A stretch of 64,000 nucleotides of DNA from an uncultured delta proteobacterium (GCA_963803435.1 CAWDML010000001.1:544001-608000); one strand, 5' to 3'. Numbered from the stretch's first letter, positions 10,279-20,064 are shown. Numbers and translations are program-made. The notes: generated by a model not told the origin, from the sequence alone.

Positions 10279-11691
10279 GTGGGACGACTAGCCGCGTGCG
10301 TGGGCCTCTTCGCGACGGCTTGCGTCTTCGAGCCGCCCTCGTCGACGCTCATCGGGCCCGCGAAGGACGCAGGCGAGGTCACGCCCGATCCCGATGCGAC
10401 GGTGGACGACGCCGCCGGCACGCGAGACGCGAGCCCGCGAGACGCGGAGACGAACGACATCGCCGTCGAGCCCGACGCGGGCGAGGTCGGCGGACCGGTG
10501 GCCGATCCGGGCCCCGATCAGACCGGCATCCCGTGGGACACCTTCCGGGTGGACGGGTCGGGCTCGCTCAGCCCGAGCGGCGATCCGCTGACCTATCATT
10601 GGCACATCGCCTCGGCGCCCTCCGGGTTCGTGGGCGGGTTTGCGCCGTTCCCCGGGGTCGCCGTCGCCGACGCGGCGCAGAGCGCGTTCTACGCCGATCG
10701 CGCGGGTCGATACCTGCTGGTGCTCGAGGTCTCCGACGGCCGCGCGACCAGCACGGCCACCGCGACGATCGAGGTCTCGAGCTTCCAAGCGGTCCCGGCG
10801 CCAGGCGGCGGCGCCCTGACGGAGGTGGTCGCGCTCGCGCCCGCCGGCGAGCGGCTCTTCCTGGGCGTGAAGATGCACGGCGGCGAGGTCTTCGACCTGA
10901 GGACGCGGACCAGCTCGGCCATTCCGTGCCTCACGGACGACAAGATCAATGACATCGCGATCGCACCCGGCGGTGCCGCCTACTACGCCTTCGACGACGC
11001 CTCGGCGCTGATCGCGACCGACGGCCTCGGCTGCACCACCGTCACCGTTCCGGCCGGCCCGACCAAGATCAAGGACATCGAGATGCTCCCGAACGGCGAC
11101 TTCTATCTGGCGACGGACCGCAACGTCTTCGGGCGGATCGGCGGCACGTTCGAGGAGTACGAGATCGAGCAGATCGGCGGGACGGGAAAGTACAGCTCGG
11201 TCGCTGTGGTCGGACGGACCTTGTGGCTCGGCAGCGATCAGGCGGGCAACCTGGACGGCGCCGTCTTCGCTCCCATCCCCCCGGACCAGGAAGCGCCGAT
11301 CCTCAGCTTCTTCCCGGGTGACGACAAGATCGAGGCGATCGCCGCCGGCGCCAAGAATCCCGACGCGACCTGGATGGCTGCGGGGGTGGGCATCGTCCAC
11401 ATCCCGGACACGGCCACTCCGACCATCTCCGAGGTGTTCACGGCCGCCATGATCCCGAGCCCGCTCTCGGCGAACATGGTCGCGGTCGCCACCGACCCCG
11501 ACTCCGGCGACGTCTACTTCGCGAACCCGCAGGGCATCGCCCGCTACAAGCGCGACGTCCGCACGCTGGTCGCGATCCCGAAGGGAACGTCGAACCTGCC
11601 GGCCGGCGACCTTCGCGCGATCGCGTTCGATCGGGATCGGCGTGCCCTCTTCGTCGGCAGCCAGAGCGGCGCCTTCCTCGTTCGACCTTGA
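10279..11691 (+). CDS. lipoprotein with acidic linker, PKD/REJ-like Ig domain and beta-propeller
   Basis: Lipobox ATAC; DAG/PDA-rich linker; PVADPGPDQ...DGSGS..P.GDPLTYHW...GRYLLVLEVSDG; repeated I.DI/AI...P.G.YFA blades. Confidence 0.7.
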   Translation: MGRLAACVGLFATACVFEPPSSTLIGPAKDAGEVTPDPDATVDDAAGTRDASPRDAETNDIAVEPDAGEVGGPVADPGPDQTGIPWDTFRVDGSGSLSPSGDPLTYHWHIASAPSGFVGGFAPFPGVAVADAAQSAFYADRAGRYLLVLEVSDGRATSTATATIEVSSFQAVPAPGGGALTEVVALAPAGERLFLGVKMHGGEVFDLRTRTSSAIPCLTDDKINDIAIAPGGAAYYAFDDASALIATDGLGCTTVTVPAGPTKIKDIEMLPNGDFYLATDRNVFGRIGGTFEEYEIEQIGGTGKYSSVAVVGRTLWLGSDQAGNLDGAVFAPIPPDQEAPILSFFPGDDKIEAIAAGAKNPDATWMAAGVGIVHIPDTATPTISEVFTAAMIPSPLSANMVAVATDPDSGDVYFANPQGIARYKRDVRTLVAIPKGTSNLPAGDLRAIAFDRDRRALFVGSQSGAFLVRP

Positions 11692-11700
11692 GGAGCCGCG

Positions 11701-12333
11701 CTACATCGTCTTCTTCGGCTTCTTCGCAGGCGGTGGCTCCTCCGGAGTCTCCGGACCCGGGTCCGCCGGCACAGCCGGGGCGTCGGTCTTTCGCTTCGCC
11801 TTGAGCTCCGCGAGCTGAGCCCTCGCCTTCGCTTCGGCCTCCTGTCGCTCCAGCTCGGCGAGCTGACGCGAGAGCTCGCGGTCGGCTTTCTGCGACGCAC
11901 CCAGCTCGTCCTCGAGCTCCGCGCGGGCCGACAGCTCGTCGATGTGGCGTCGAACGTTCTCGAGCGCGACATCCTCGGCGCTGGTCGCGAATGGATCCGG
12001 AAGCGCCGCAGAGTCGACCGGGACCCGCTGAACGAGGCGCTCGTGCTCTCTTGCGGCATCCTGCACCGATCGAAGATCGCCGACGATCTCCCGGTATGCG
12101 TCCTCCTGAGCCTCGACCTCGCTCCTCTTGAGCGCCAACCGCTGGACGAGATCCTCGACCATCCGCGTCAACTGGAGCGCCAGCGCATCATCGTCAGACG
12201 AGAGCGCGAGCTCGCGATCCGCCTCCCGGCGCCGCTTGTCGGCCTCCAGCGCCGCCACCTCGCCCTCGAGCTGCTCCTTCCGGGCGAGCGCGCTGGCCGC
12301 GAGCTGCCGGACCTTTTTCACTGCATCGTCCAT
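11701..12333 (-). CDS. PspA/IM30-like coiled-coil protein
   Basis: 210 aa heptad-rich; ELALSSDDDALALQL and a C-terminal AQLAELKAKR resemble PspA. Confidence 0.55.
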   Translation of the reverse strand: MDDAVKKVRQLAASALARKEQLEGEVAALEADKRRREADRELALSSDDDALALQLTRMVEDLVQRLALKRSEVEAQEDAYREIVGDLRSVQDAAREHERLVQRVPVDSAALPDPFATSAEDVALENVRRHIDELSARAELEDELGASQKADRELSRQLAELERQEAEAKARAQLAELKAKRKTDAPAVPADPGPETPEEPPPAKKPKKTM

Positions 12334-12443
12334 CGTCTACGGCGCCAAGCTAGCACGGACGGGGGACGTTACCACACTGAGACATGAAGCCACGCGCAGG
12401 GTGCGCCTGGTCGTGGTCCGTCGATTGCTGTCCTCAAAATCGA

Positions 12444-14798
12444 ATGACCTCCGAGCACCAACTCTTGCCCGTGCTCCCCATTCGCGCCGCGGTCCTGTTC
12501 CCTGGCGCCACTATCCCGGTCGCGGTCGGGCGGCCGCGCACGGTCCGTGCCGTGGAGTCCGCCATGGCCACGGATGACAAGAGGATCTTCGTGGTTGCGC
12601 TCCGGGACCCGCACGCCAGCGATCCCGGAGCCGGGCAGCTCCACCGGATCGGGACCGAGGGGATCATCAAGAAGCTGCACCGCTTCCCCGACGGCACGCT
12701 GCAGCTCGTCGTCCTCGGAGAACGTCGCGCTCGGTGGGAGTCGATGATCCGCGAGGCCCCGCACTTCGTCGCCGAGGTTCGACCGCTCCCGATGATCGAG
12801 TCCCCGGGCGCGGCGGTCGAGGCGCTGGAGCGCACCGTCCTCGACCTCGCCCAGAACGCCGCCGCCATGGCCGATCCCCAGCTCGTCGGCCTCGATCTCT
12901 CTGCGCTCATGGGCCAGGTCGAGCACTCCGACCGGCTCATCTATTCGCTCGCGACGCTGTTCTCGTTCGAGCCGGCGGCCGAGCAGGAGATCCTGGCGTC
13001 TCCCACCACCCTGGAGGCCCTCGAGACGCTCCGCAGCGTCCTCGTGCACGAGATGGACGTGCTCGAGATCCGCAATCGCATCGCCGACCAGGCGCGGGGC
13101 GAGCTCGCCCGCGAGCAGCGGGAGCACATCCTGCGGGAGCAGCTGCGCGCGATCCGCACCGAGCTCGGCGAAGAGGCCTCCGAGGAGGCCCAGCGCAACG
13201 ATCTGCGCCTGAGAGCCGCCGACGCTCACCTCCCCCCGGAGGTGATGTCCGAGGCCGAGCGCGAGCTCGCGCGGATGGGCAGCTTGCCGGCGGCCTCCGC
13301 GGAGTACCACGTCGTGGTCAGCCGTCTCGAGCTGATCCTCGAGCTGCCGTGGACGAAGCTGACGTCGGGTGACGTCGACATCTCCCTCGCGCGCCGGATT
13401 CTCGAGGAGGATCACCACGGCCTCCCCGACGTGAAGAGTCGGATCCTCGAGCACCTGGGGGTGCTCCGGATGAACCCGAGCGCCAAGTCGCCGATCATCT
13501 GTTTCGTCGGCCCGCCCGGGACCGGAAAGACCTCGCTCGGCCACTCGATCTCACGCGCGCTGGGCCGCGGCTTCGAGCGCCTGAGCCTCGGCGGCATGCA
13601 CGACGAGGCAGAGCTCCGCGGTCATCGCCGAACGTACGTGGGCGCCATCCCCGGGCGAATCCTCCAGGGGATCCGCAGGGCCAAGTGCCGCGATCCCGTG
13701 TTCATGCTGGACGAGGTGGACAAGATCGGACGCGACTTCCGCGGCGACCCGTCGAGCGCGCTCCTCGAGATCCTGGACCCCGAGCAGAACGTCACGTTCT
13801 ATGACAACTACCTGGCGTTGCCGTTCGACCTCTCGCGGGTCTTCTTCATCACCACCGCCAACACGCTCGAGACCATCCCGCCGCCCCTCCTTGATCGAAT
13901 GGAGGTCATCTCGCTCTCCGGCTACACGCATCGCGAGAAGCTGGCGATCGCGGAGAGTTTCCTGGTCCCCCGGCAGCGAACGCAAGTTGGGTTGACCGCC
14001 GAGGATCTCACCTTCGACACCCACGCGATCGCGGACATGATCTCCGAGCACACGCGCGAGGCCGGCGTCCGCCAGCTCGAGCGGACCATCGGGAAGGTGG
14101 CGCGGAAGGTCGCGCTGAGGTTCGCCGAGGGCGACACCACCCCGAAGACGATCAGGACCTCGGATGTCGCCGACATGCTCGGCCCGCCCGCGATCTCGTC
14201 CGAGCTTTTGCGCTCGGTGATGCCGCCCGGCGTCGCACCCGGCCTCGCCTGGACCGAGGCCGGAGGCGACGTGATCTACGTGGAGGCCGCCGAGCTCCCC
14301 GAAGGCCGGGGCGTGATCCTGACCGGCCAGCTCGGGGAGGTGATGAAGGAGTCGGCGCAGGCGGCACATAGCTACCTGTGGTCGCGGGCCGCCCAGCTTG
14401 GCCTCGATCGCGATCGGTTCGCCAGGTCCGGCGTACACCTCCACGTGCCGGCGGCGGCGACGCCCAAAGACGGTCCCTCGGCCGGGATCACGATGGCCAC
14501 CGCCCTGGCCTCCCTCTTCATCGGCCGCTCCGCACGGAGCGACACGGCGATGACGGGCGAGATGACGCTGGCCGGTCTCGTGCTGCCGGTCGGCGGCGTG
14601 AAGGAAAAGGTGCTCGCCGCCCATCGCGCCGGGTTCCGCAGGATCGTGCTGCCCCGAGCCAACGCCAGGGACCTGAAGAAGCTGCCGGAGGACGTGAGGA
14701 GAGAGCTCAACATCGTGCTGGCCGAAACCGTGGACGAGGTGCTCGACGCGACGCTGACCGAAGCGACCGCGGCCATGCGACCGGCGATCGGTCATTGA
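12444..14798 (+). CDS. lon: ATP-dependent protease Lon (LonA type)
   Basis: LON N-domain (LPVLPIR..VLFPG), Walker A GPPGTGKT, Walker B MLDEVDK, RGHRRTYVGA, catalytic PKDGPSAG and GGVKEK. Confidence 0.97.
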   Translation: MTSEHQLLPVLPIRAAVLFPGATIPVAVGRPRTVRAVESAMATDDKRIFVVALRDPHASDPGAGQLHRIGTEGIIKKLHRFPDGTLQLVVLGERRARWESMIREAPHFVAEVRPLPMIESPGAAVEALERTVLDLAQNAAAMADPQLVGLDLSALMGQVEHSDRLIYSLATLFSFEPAAEQEILASPTTLEALETLRSVLVHEMDVLEIRNRIADQARGELAREQREHILREQLRAIRTELGEEASEEAQRNDLRLRAADAHLPPEVMSEAERELARMGSLPAASAEYHVVVSRLELILELPWTKLTSGDVDISLARRILEEDHHGLPDVKSRILEHLGVLRMNPSAKSPIICFVGPPGTGKTSLGHSISRALGRGFERLSLGGMHDEAELRGHRRTYVGAIPGRILQGIRRAKCRDPVFMLDEVDKIGRDFRGDPSSALLEILDPEQNVTFYDNYLALPFDLSRVFFITTANTLETIPPPLLDRMEVISLSGYTHREKLAIAESFLVPRQRTQVGLTAEDLTFDTHAIADMISEHTREAGVRQLERTIGKVARKVALRFAEGDTTPKTIRTSDVADMLGPPAISSELLRSVMPPGVAPGLAWTEAGGDVIYVEAAELPEGRGVILTGQLGEVMKESAQAAHSYLWSRAAQLGLDRDRFARSGVHLHVPAAATPKDGPSAGITMATALASLFIGRSARSDTAMTGEMTLAGLVLPVGGVKEKVLAAHRAGFRRIVLPRANARDLKKLPEDVRRELNIVLAETVDEVLDATLTEATAAMRPAIGH

Positions 14799-14809
14799 GG
14801 AGGAACGAG

Positions 14810-15016
14810 ATGGATGCACCGCTGAGAGTCATGCACGTCTTCGCCCATGAACCGGGCGAGTTCGAACGCGAGGTCAACGAAGCGCTGCGTCGGATTTGCG
14901 ACGAGAACTGCGTCGTCGGCGACATCAAGTACGCCATCGATCCCACCACGGGATCGGCACGTGGAGGCTTCGGGGCGATGATCATCTACGAGCAGGGAGA
15001 GGGGGAAGGGCCATGA
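14810..15016 (+). CDS. small Cse60/DUF2758-like protein (68 aa)
   Basis: Strong RBS (GAGGAGG) before ATG 14810; stop overlaps the next ATG. FEREVNEAL...VGDIKYAI...AMIIYE matches the Cse60 pattern as I recall it. Confidence 0.6.
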   Translation: MDAPLRVMHVFAHEPGEFEREVNEALRRICDENCVVGDIKYAIDPTTGSARGGFGAMIIYEQGEGEGP

Positions 15017-15465
15017 AAGTCGGAGAGCTGGCAGCCCATCATGTGGTGACGATCGGACCGGAGGCCTCGGTCGTGGAGGCCGCGCGCCTCATGCGCGAGC
15101 ACCACGTCGGCGACGTGGTCCTGGTGGAGGAGAAGGACCTCCAGCGCGTGCCCATCGGCGTGGTGACGGACCGGGACATCGTGGTGTCGGTGATCGCGCA
15201 GAAGGTCCAGCCGCTCGACTCCATCATGGTCGGCGACATCGCCGCGCGGGAGCTGGTGGTGGCGGACGCCGATCAAGACATCGCGGACGTCGCTCGGACC
15301 ATGCTGGCCGAAGGAATCCGGCGCGTGCCCGTGGTCAACGCGCTCGGGGCCCTGGTCGGGATCGTCACGTACGACGATCTGGTGGCGTGGATGGCGGACG
15401 AGCTGGCGGACTTTGCCCGTCTGTTTGCTCGGCAGCGTCGGCGGGAGCGGCAGAGCCGCAAGTAG
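15013..15465 (+). CDS. CBS-domain pair protein
   Basis: VVEAARLMREHHVG, IGVVTDRDIV and IRRVPVV..G.LVGIVT.DD. Confidence 0.93.
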   Translation: MKVGELAAHHVVTIGPEASVVEAARLMREHHVGDVVLVEEKDLQRVPIGVVTDRDIVVSVIAQKVQPLDSIMVGDIAARELVVADADQDIADVARTMLAEGIRRVPVVNALGALVGIVTYDDLVAWMADELADFARLFARQRRRERQSRK

Positions 15466-15604
15466 GATCGCCCTCGATCGCGGACGCCGTCTTCTTGGGA
15501 AGCGGCGTCCGCCTGGGCAAGTGCGGCTCTTCTTCGGGGTCCTCGTCGCGATCGACGTGGCCCTCCCGGTAGGCTTCGTTCCATCTCAAGTAGGCCGGGT
15601 TCAT
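15365..15604 (-). CDS. possible small acidic protein translationally coupled to the GCS2 gene
   Basis: ATG overlaps the GCS2 stop (ATGA) and the first ~46 codons are GC3-rich. The 3' 101 nt overlap the convergent CBS gene. Confidence 0.3.
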   Translation of the reverse strand: MNPAYLRWNEAYREGHVDRDEDPEEEPHLPRRTPLPKKTASAIEGDPTCGSAAPADAAEQTDGQSPPARPPSTPPDRRT

Positions 15605-16821
15605 GACATCATCCCTCCGGTTTCGAGGCAGTCGGACAGGGCGCGATAGGTCTCGACGATGGACTCGTGCTCGGGTGCGGCGCCGAGCGCGCGCACCAGG
15701 CGGGTGGCGAGCGTGCCGTGCTCCAGGATGGTGGAGAGCGGCGCGGCCCACGGGCCCTCGAGGGTACCGGTGGAGCCGAGCAGGTGCGCCCAGAGCTCGC
15801 GGGCCCGCACCGGACCCCGCCGCCAGCCGACCGCGGCCAGGTAGGACGCGTCCTCGATCAGCGTCTCCTCCGCAGACTCCACGGTGCGCATGAAGATCGC
15901 GGACAGCGGCGCCACCTGTTGATCCTGCTGGACCCGCAAGGGCGAAGGCCGCTCCTCCACGAGGGACCGCACCACGGCGGTGACGCCGGCGCAGATCGCG
16001 AGGTCGACGCCCGGGTGCTCCTGGCAGTCCATCACGCGGATCTCGATGGTGTTGCGCTCGAAGCGAACGATGGCGCCGCGTGCGTTCAGCCACTCGTGCT
16101 GCAGGATGCCCTCGGGATCGTGCGGCGCGATGGCCCGGTAGATCGGCGCGAGCACCTTCTCTCGATACGACCGCTCGTCGAACGCCGGCTCCGGGATCAC
16201 CGACCCGCTCACCTCGGGGATGCGGGCCGCGTTGGTCCGGTAGACGGCCAGGCGCTCGTCCAGGTTTCGCGTGCGGCGCCCCTCCACGTAGGGCGAGCTG
16301 GCGGTGAGCGCCGGCAGGATCGGCAGCACCAACCGGATCGCGGCGTGGAGCCGGCCCAGCTCGGCGTCGTCGGCGAACGGAAGGTTCAGGTGGACGCTCT
16401 GCAGGTTGGACCAGCCGTGGCCGCGGCAATCGAAGATGCGATCGAAGGCCTGGTAGATCTCGCCGTAGTCGTCGGTCCACCGCTCGAACTCGCGGAACGG
16501 ATCCATGAACGGATGCATGCCGCCCGGGAGCAGGCGCGCACCCAGCGGGCGGAGCCGATCGAGGAGGTGCCGGAGGCTCGCGTCGAAGTGAGCCCGGTAC
16601 GGCTCGAGCGTGGGGGCCGGATCGGTGGTCTTCAGCTCGATGACGTGGCGTGCGAGCTCGTTCGACCACGTGATCGGACCGTCCTCGATGCTGTTCACGA
16701 CGGCGCCGTCCTCGACCAGGACGCGATCAGCGATCGGCCGCACCGCGAGCGTCTCGCGGTCGACGATCATGTACTCGATCTCGATCCCGTGGGCCTCGAA
16801 CAGCCCGATGGCTGGGCTCAT
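15601..16821 (-). CDS. glutamate--cysteine ligase family 2 (GCS2) carboxylate-amine ligase
   Basis: GIEIEYMIVD, NELARHVIELKT, GGMHP, SVHLNLP, ASSPY, LNARG..RF.R..IEIRVMDCQE; ATGA overlap with the upstream gene. Confidence 0.9.
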   Translation of the reverse strand: MSPAIGLFEAHGIEIEYMIVDRETLAVRPIADRVLVEDGAVVNSIEDGPITWSNELARHVIELKTTDPAPTLEPYRAHFDASLRHLLDRLRPLGARLLPGGMHPFMDPFREFERWTDDYGEIYQAFDRIFDCRGHGWSNLQSVHLNLPFADDAELGRLHAAIRLVLPILPALTASSPYVEGRRTRNLDERLAVYRTNAARIPEVSGSVIPEPAFDERSYREKVLAPIYRAIAPHDPEGILQHEWLNARGAIVRFERNTIEIRVMDCQEHPGVDLAICAGVTAVVRSLVEERPSPLRVQQDQQVAPLSAIFMRTVESAEETLIEDASYLAAVGWRRGPVRARELWAHLLGSTGTLEGPWAAPLSTILEHGTLATRLVRALGAAPEHESIVETYRALSDCLETGGMMS

Positions 16822-18281
16822 CGCCGGCTTTCCTTCTTGATCCGGATCCACTCCAGAAACTGCTTCATCACCCGGTTGAACAGCTCGGGCCCCAGGAGCT
16901 CGTCCTCACAGCCGACCTCGAGGTTCGGGTTGTCGTTCACCTCGATGACGGAGGGGCGGCCGTCGATCTCCTTCATGTCCACGCCGTACAACCCCCGCCC
17001 GATCAGCTGTGTGGCTCGGAGCGCGGTGTCGAGCACTCCGGGCGGCACCTCCGAGAAATCGACGGCTTTGTGGCCGCCGAACTCCTCGACCTTGCTCCCG
17101 TAGTTGTAGACCTGCCAGTGGCCCTTCGCCATGTAGTACTTGCAGGCGAACAACGGCTTGCCGCCCAGCACACCGATCCGCCAGTCGAAGTCGGTCGGCA
17201 CGAACTCTTGGGTCAGAATCAGCTCGGAGGACTCGAGCATGCGTCGCGCTTCGCGTTCGAAGGAGACCTTGTCGTTCACCCGGATCACACCCTTCGAGAA
17301 CGCACCATCGGGGGTCTTCAGAATGCTCGGGTACTCGACGCTTCCCGAGGCCTGCTCCAGCGAGCCCTTGTCGAAGATCGTCGTCTTCGGGTGAGGGAGG
17401 CCGTGGCGTTGAAGCAGCTCGGCGAGGAACACCTTGTTGGTGCACCGCAGGATCGAGTCGGGATCGTCGATCACCACCAGGCCCTCGGCGGCGGCGCGCC
17501 GGGCGAATCGATACGTGTGGTGATCGACCGCCGTCGTCTCGCGGATGAAGAGCGCGTCGTACTCACCGAGCCGGCCGAAGTCGTCCTTCTCGATGAAGTC
17601 GACGGACAGACCGATCGCCTCGCCGGCCTTGACGAAGCGCGCCAGCGCCTGCGCGTTCGAGGGTGGGCTCTCCTCCTTGGGATTGACGAGGATCGCGACG
17701 TCGTACGCGTGTCGATCGACGCGGGCCCGCGGCGCGCCCTTCGAGAAGAAGCGCGCCACCATCTCGGAGACGATCGTGCGATCCGCGGGAGAGAGCTCGG
17801 ACGGCGGGATGGGGGCGGCGCTGTGGAGGCGCCATTGATCCTTCTTCTTGCGGAAGGTCGCGCGTAACAGCGGCACCTGGAAGTGGCCGAACAGCGCCCG
17901 ACCGAGACGGGCGAAGCGCTCGTCGTGCGTGCGGCCGAAGAAGCTCTCCACCACGAAGCGATCGATCCGCAGCGACTCGAACGCCTTCTTCGCGATCGAC
18001 TCCACGTCCTCGCCCACCAGCCGGAGCGTGGCGCGGCTCTTCAGATCCGTGATCGCCGAGACCGACGGGATGACCTTGTGCCCGCGCGCCGACGCCAGGA
18101 GCGACGCGTAGTAGCCGACGCTCTGGTACTGGTAGCCGCGATCGAGGTTCACCACCTTCGCCGGCGGTCCGGACGCGTAGGAGGGGTCCGTGAGGTACTT
18201 CTTGGTCGAGACGATCTCGACGTGCCCGTTGATCGGGGGCCACTCTTCAGGTCGGTGGACCAGGAGGAGATGTCGCATCAT
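16818..18281 (-). CDS. RimK-family ATP-grasp ligase with N-terminal RLAN-type domain
   Basis: YQYQSVGYYASLLASARGH (RLAN), LFIRETT, CTNKVFL, LKTPDGAFSKGV, QEFVPTDFDWRIGV, YGVDMKE and IEVNDNP. Confidence 0.92.
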   Translation of the reverse strand: MMRHLLLVHRPEEWPPINGHVEIVSTKKYLTDPSYASGPPAKVVNLDRGYQYQSVGYYASLLASARGHKVIPSVSAITDLKSRATLRLVGEDVESIAKKAFESLRIDRFVVESFFGRTHDERFARLGRALFGHFQVPLLRATFRKKKDQWRLHSAAPIPPSELSPADRTIVSEMVARFFSKGAPRARVDRHAYDVAILVNPKEESPPSNAQALARFVKAGEAIGLSVDFIEKDDFGRLGEYDALFIRETTAVDHHTYRFARRAAAEGLVVIDDPDSILRCTNKVFLAELLQRHGLPHPKTTIFDKGSLEQASGSVEYPSILKTPDGAFSKGVIRVNDKVSFEREARRMLESSELILTQEFVPTDFDWRIGVLGGKPLFACKYYMAKGHWQVYNYGSKVEEFGGHKAVDFSEVPPGVLDTALRATQLIGRGLYGVDMKEIDGRPSVIEVNDNPNLEVGCEDELLGPELFNRVMKQFLEWIRIKKESRR

Positions 18282-18982
18282 GTTCTCCGAGGGGGAGAGA
18301 CGACGAGAAGGTTGGCATCGAGGGTCGCGATGCCGAGACATATCGCGCCGATCAAACGATCCAGAGAGACGTGGTACACCCGGTCCTTGGAGACCGGGTT
18401 GGGTTCTAGCGGGTCCGAGATCAACACGCTTCGCTCAGTCGAGTCGTAGCCGGAGACGATCACGAAGTGGCCGACGGGCTCACCGCCGACGTCATCGTGT
18501 TGGTTCGTCCTGGGGTCCTCTCTCGCTATCCCATAGAGATAGGTGGCGGAGAGTCCCGTCAAGATCGGAATGCCCTGTTCGAGGGGTCCGCGGAGCGTTT
18601 CCTCGCCCAGCGGTGTGTAGCGAATTCGCCCTCCCGCACCCAGGTACTCCAGATAGGCCGGCGTCGCCTCCGTCAGTCTGGGATCGCTCTTCATCCGCCG
18701 TTGGGCCTCCAGCTTGGCCGCAAGGTCCGCACCTTCGAGGAACCACGTCGGATCGAAGGTCCGGAGATTGAGCGTGAAGAGCGTGGTGTCATAGCCGCGA
18801 CGGCGGGCGTGGGAGGCCAGATGGACACCGAGGGTACCGCCCCCCGTGAGCCGCGGAACCTCCGCGATCACGTCGTCGAGCGGCACGGGGTCGCCGAAGA
18901 AGCGATAGACCGCCGCCAGACAGGTCGCGCCGCAGGTCTCCTCGGTGGGCTGCGGCGACACCTCGATCGGAAGGGTCACCAT
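18278..18982 (-). CDS. peptidase C39-like cysteine protease
   Basis: QPTEETCGATCL (Gln and catalytic Cys), GHFVIVSGYD (His), ISDP (Asp); its stop overlaps the RimK-like ATG. Confidence 0.85.
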   Translation of the reverse strand: MVTLPIEVSPQPTEETCGATCLAAVYRFFGDPVPLDDVIAEVPRLTGGGTLGVHLASHARRRGYDTTLFTLNLRTFDPTWFLEGADLAAKLEAQRRMKSDPRLTEATPAYLEYLGAGGRIRYTPLGEETLRGPLEQGIPILTGLSATYLYGIAREDPRTNQHDDVGGEPVGHFVIVSGYDSTERSVLISDPLEPNPVSKDRVYHVSLDRLIGAICLGIATLDANLLVVSPPRRT

Positions 18983-19049
18983 GCGGCAGAAAGGTGCACG
19001 CCCGCGGTCGCGGATCAAGCGCTACGCGAAAACGCCTCGCAGCGAGACC

Positions 19050-20060
19050 TCAGGGGGCGTCATGGTCGGTGCGCAGGACCTCCTGGAACGCGTCGGCCAT
19101 CCGCTCCCACGATTTGCGCACGGCGAGGGACTGCTCGACGTGGAGGAAGCGGCCCGCCGACTTCGTGGCGGTGTCGGTGCAGGCGTCCAGCAGGATCCCG
19201 TTGACGAAGCGGCCCTGCACGTTGGTGGTTCCGCACAGGCGCTGATCGACCTTCGCGCCCGGATAGGCGTTGCAGGTCGTGATGTGCTCGTCGGGGAACA
19301 CGACCCGGAGCGCGCTGGCAAAGCGCGCCACCACGGCGCCGTCGGTCGTGGGCAGCGTGGTGCCGTCAGAGATGCTGATCCCGCCCTTGCCCATGCCGTG
19401 GAGCGAGACGACCAGATCATCGGGGAAGGCATCCGCGAAGAATCGGTGCAGACCGTTGAACACGCTGCCGAGCGAGTGCGCCATGTCCGATTCGGTCGGG
19501 CCCTCACCGTGACCGCAGATCCCGGTCGAGCCGTCGCAACCGGACTCGAGCGAGCTGGCACATCGATGCGTGGTCGCGATGATCAACGCCCGCGCGCGCA
19601 CCGCCTTGAAGAGCTCGAGGCCCTGCCGCTCGGTGAACAGATCGTAGCGCGGGTGCGGCGCCTCCACGATCAACCGTCGCGCGTTCGGATCGGCGCGCCA
19701 GACGAAGACCGCATGGCCGCTGTTGGGGATCGCGGGGACGCCGAGGACCAGGCCCTCCTCGTCCTCGGTGCCGCGGCACAACCAGTAGCCACCGATGAGG
19801 GCGTCATGGAAGGCGCGCTCCGCGTCGCCGGCGAGCATGCGCTCGAGCGCCCGTCGGACATGCCGCACGGTGGACTCATCGGGGGCCGCGTACGAGTCGG
19901 AGTCGGCCTGGGGCCCCAGCTTGACGGCGCCCCGCACGGTCTCCGCGATCGAGCGCCGGCAGTAGGGGATGGCGAGCAGGTCGGGGGCCTCCGCCAGGGC
20001 GGGTCCGGCCGAACCGACCGCGAGCAATGCGACCCATGACACCAGCACCAGGTACCTCAT
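19050..20060 (-). CDS. secreted protein, putative Zn-dependent hydrolase (PghP / N-formylglutamate amidohydrolase-like fold)
   Basis: Sec signal peptide (ALA-E); IVEAPHPRYD, SDMAH, VSLHGM and FLHVEQ motifs; multiple Cys. The fold call is inferred from the APH...SLHG...E pattern. Confidence 0.55.
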   Translation of the reverse strand: MRYLVLVSWVALLAVGSAGPALAEAPDLLAIPYCRRSIAETVRGAVKLGPQADSDSYAAPDESTVRHVRRALERMLAGDAERAFHDALIGGYWLCRGTEDEEGLVLGVPAIPNSGHAVFVWRADPNARRLIVEAPHPRYDLFTERQGLELFKAVRARALIIATTHRCASSLESGCDGSTGICGHGEGPTESDMAHSLGSVFNGLHRFFADAFPDDLVVSLHGMGKGGISISDGTTLPTTDGAVVARFASALRVVFPDEHITTCNAYPGAKVDQRLCGTTNVQGRFVNGILLDACTDTATKSAGRFLHVEQSLAVRKSWERMADAFQEVLRTDHDAP

Positions 20061-20064
20061 CGGC

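Noticed and set aside
16818-18982. ATP-grasp plus C39 peptidase as a classical graspetide (microviridin-type) cluster
   Set aside because: The ligase is RLAN-RimK type, the peptidase is stand-alone rather than transporter-fused, and no recognisable leader or repeated core motif was found.
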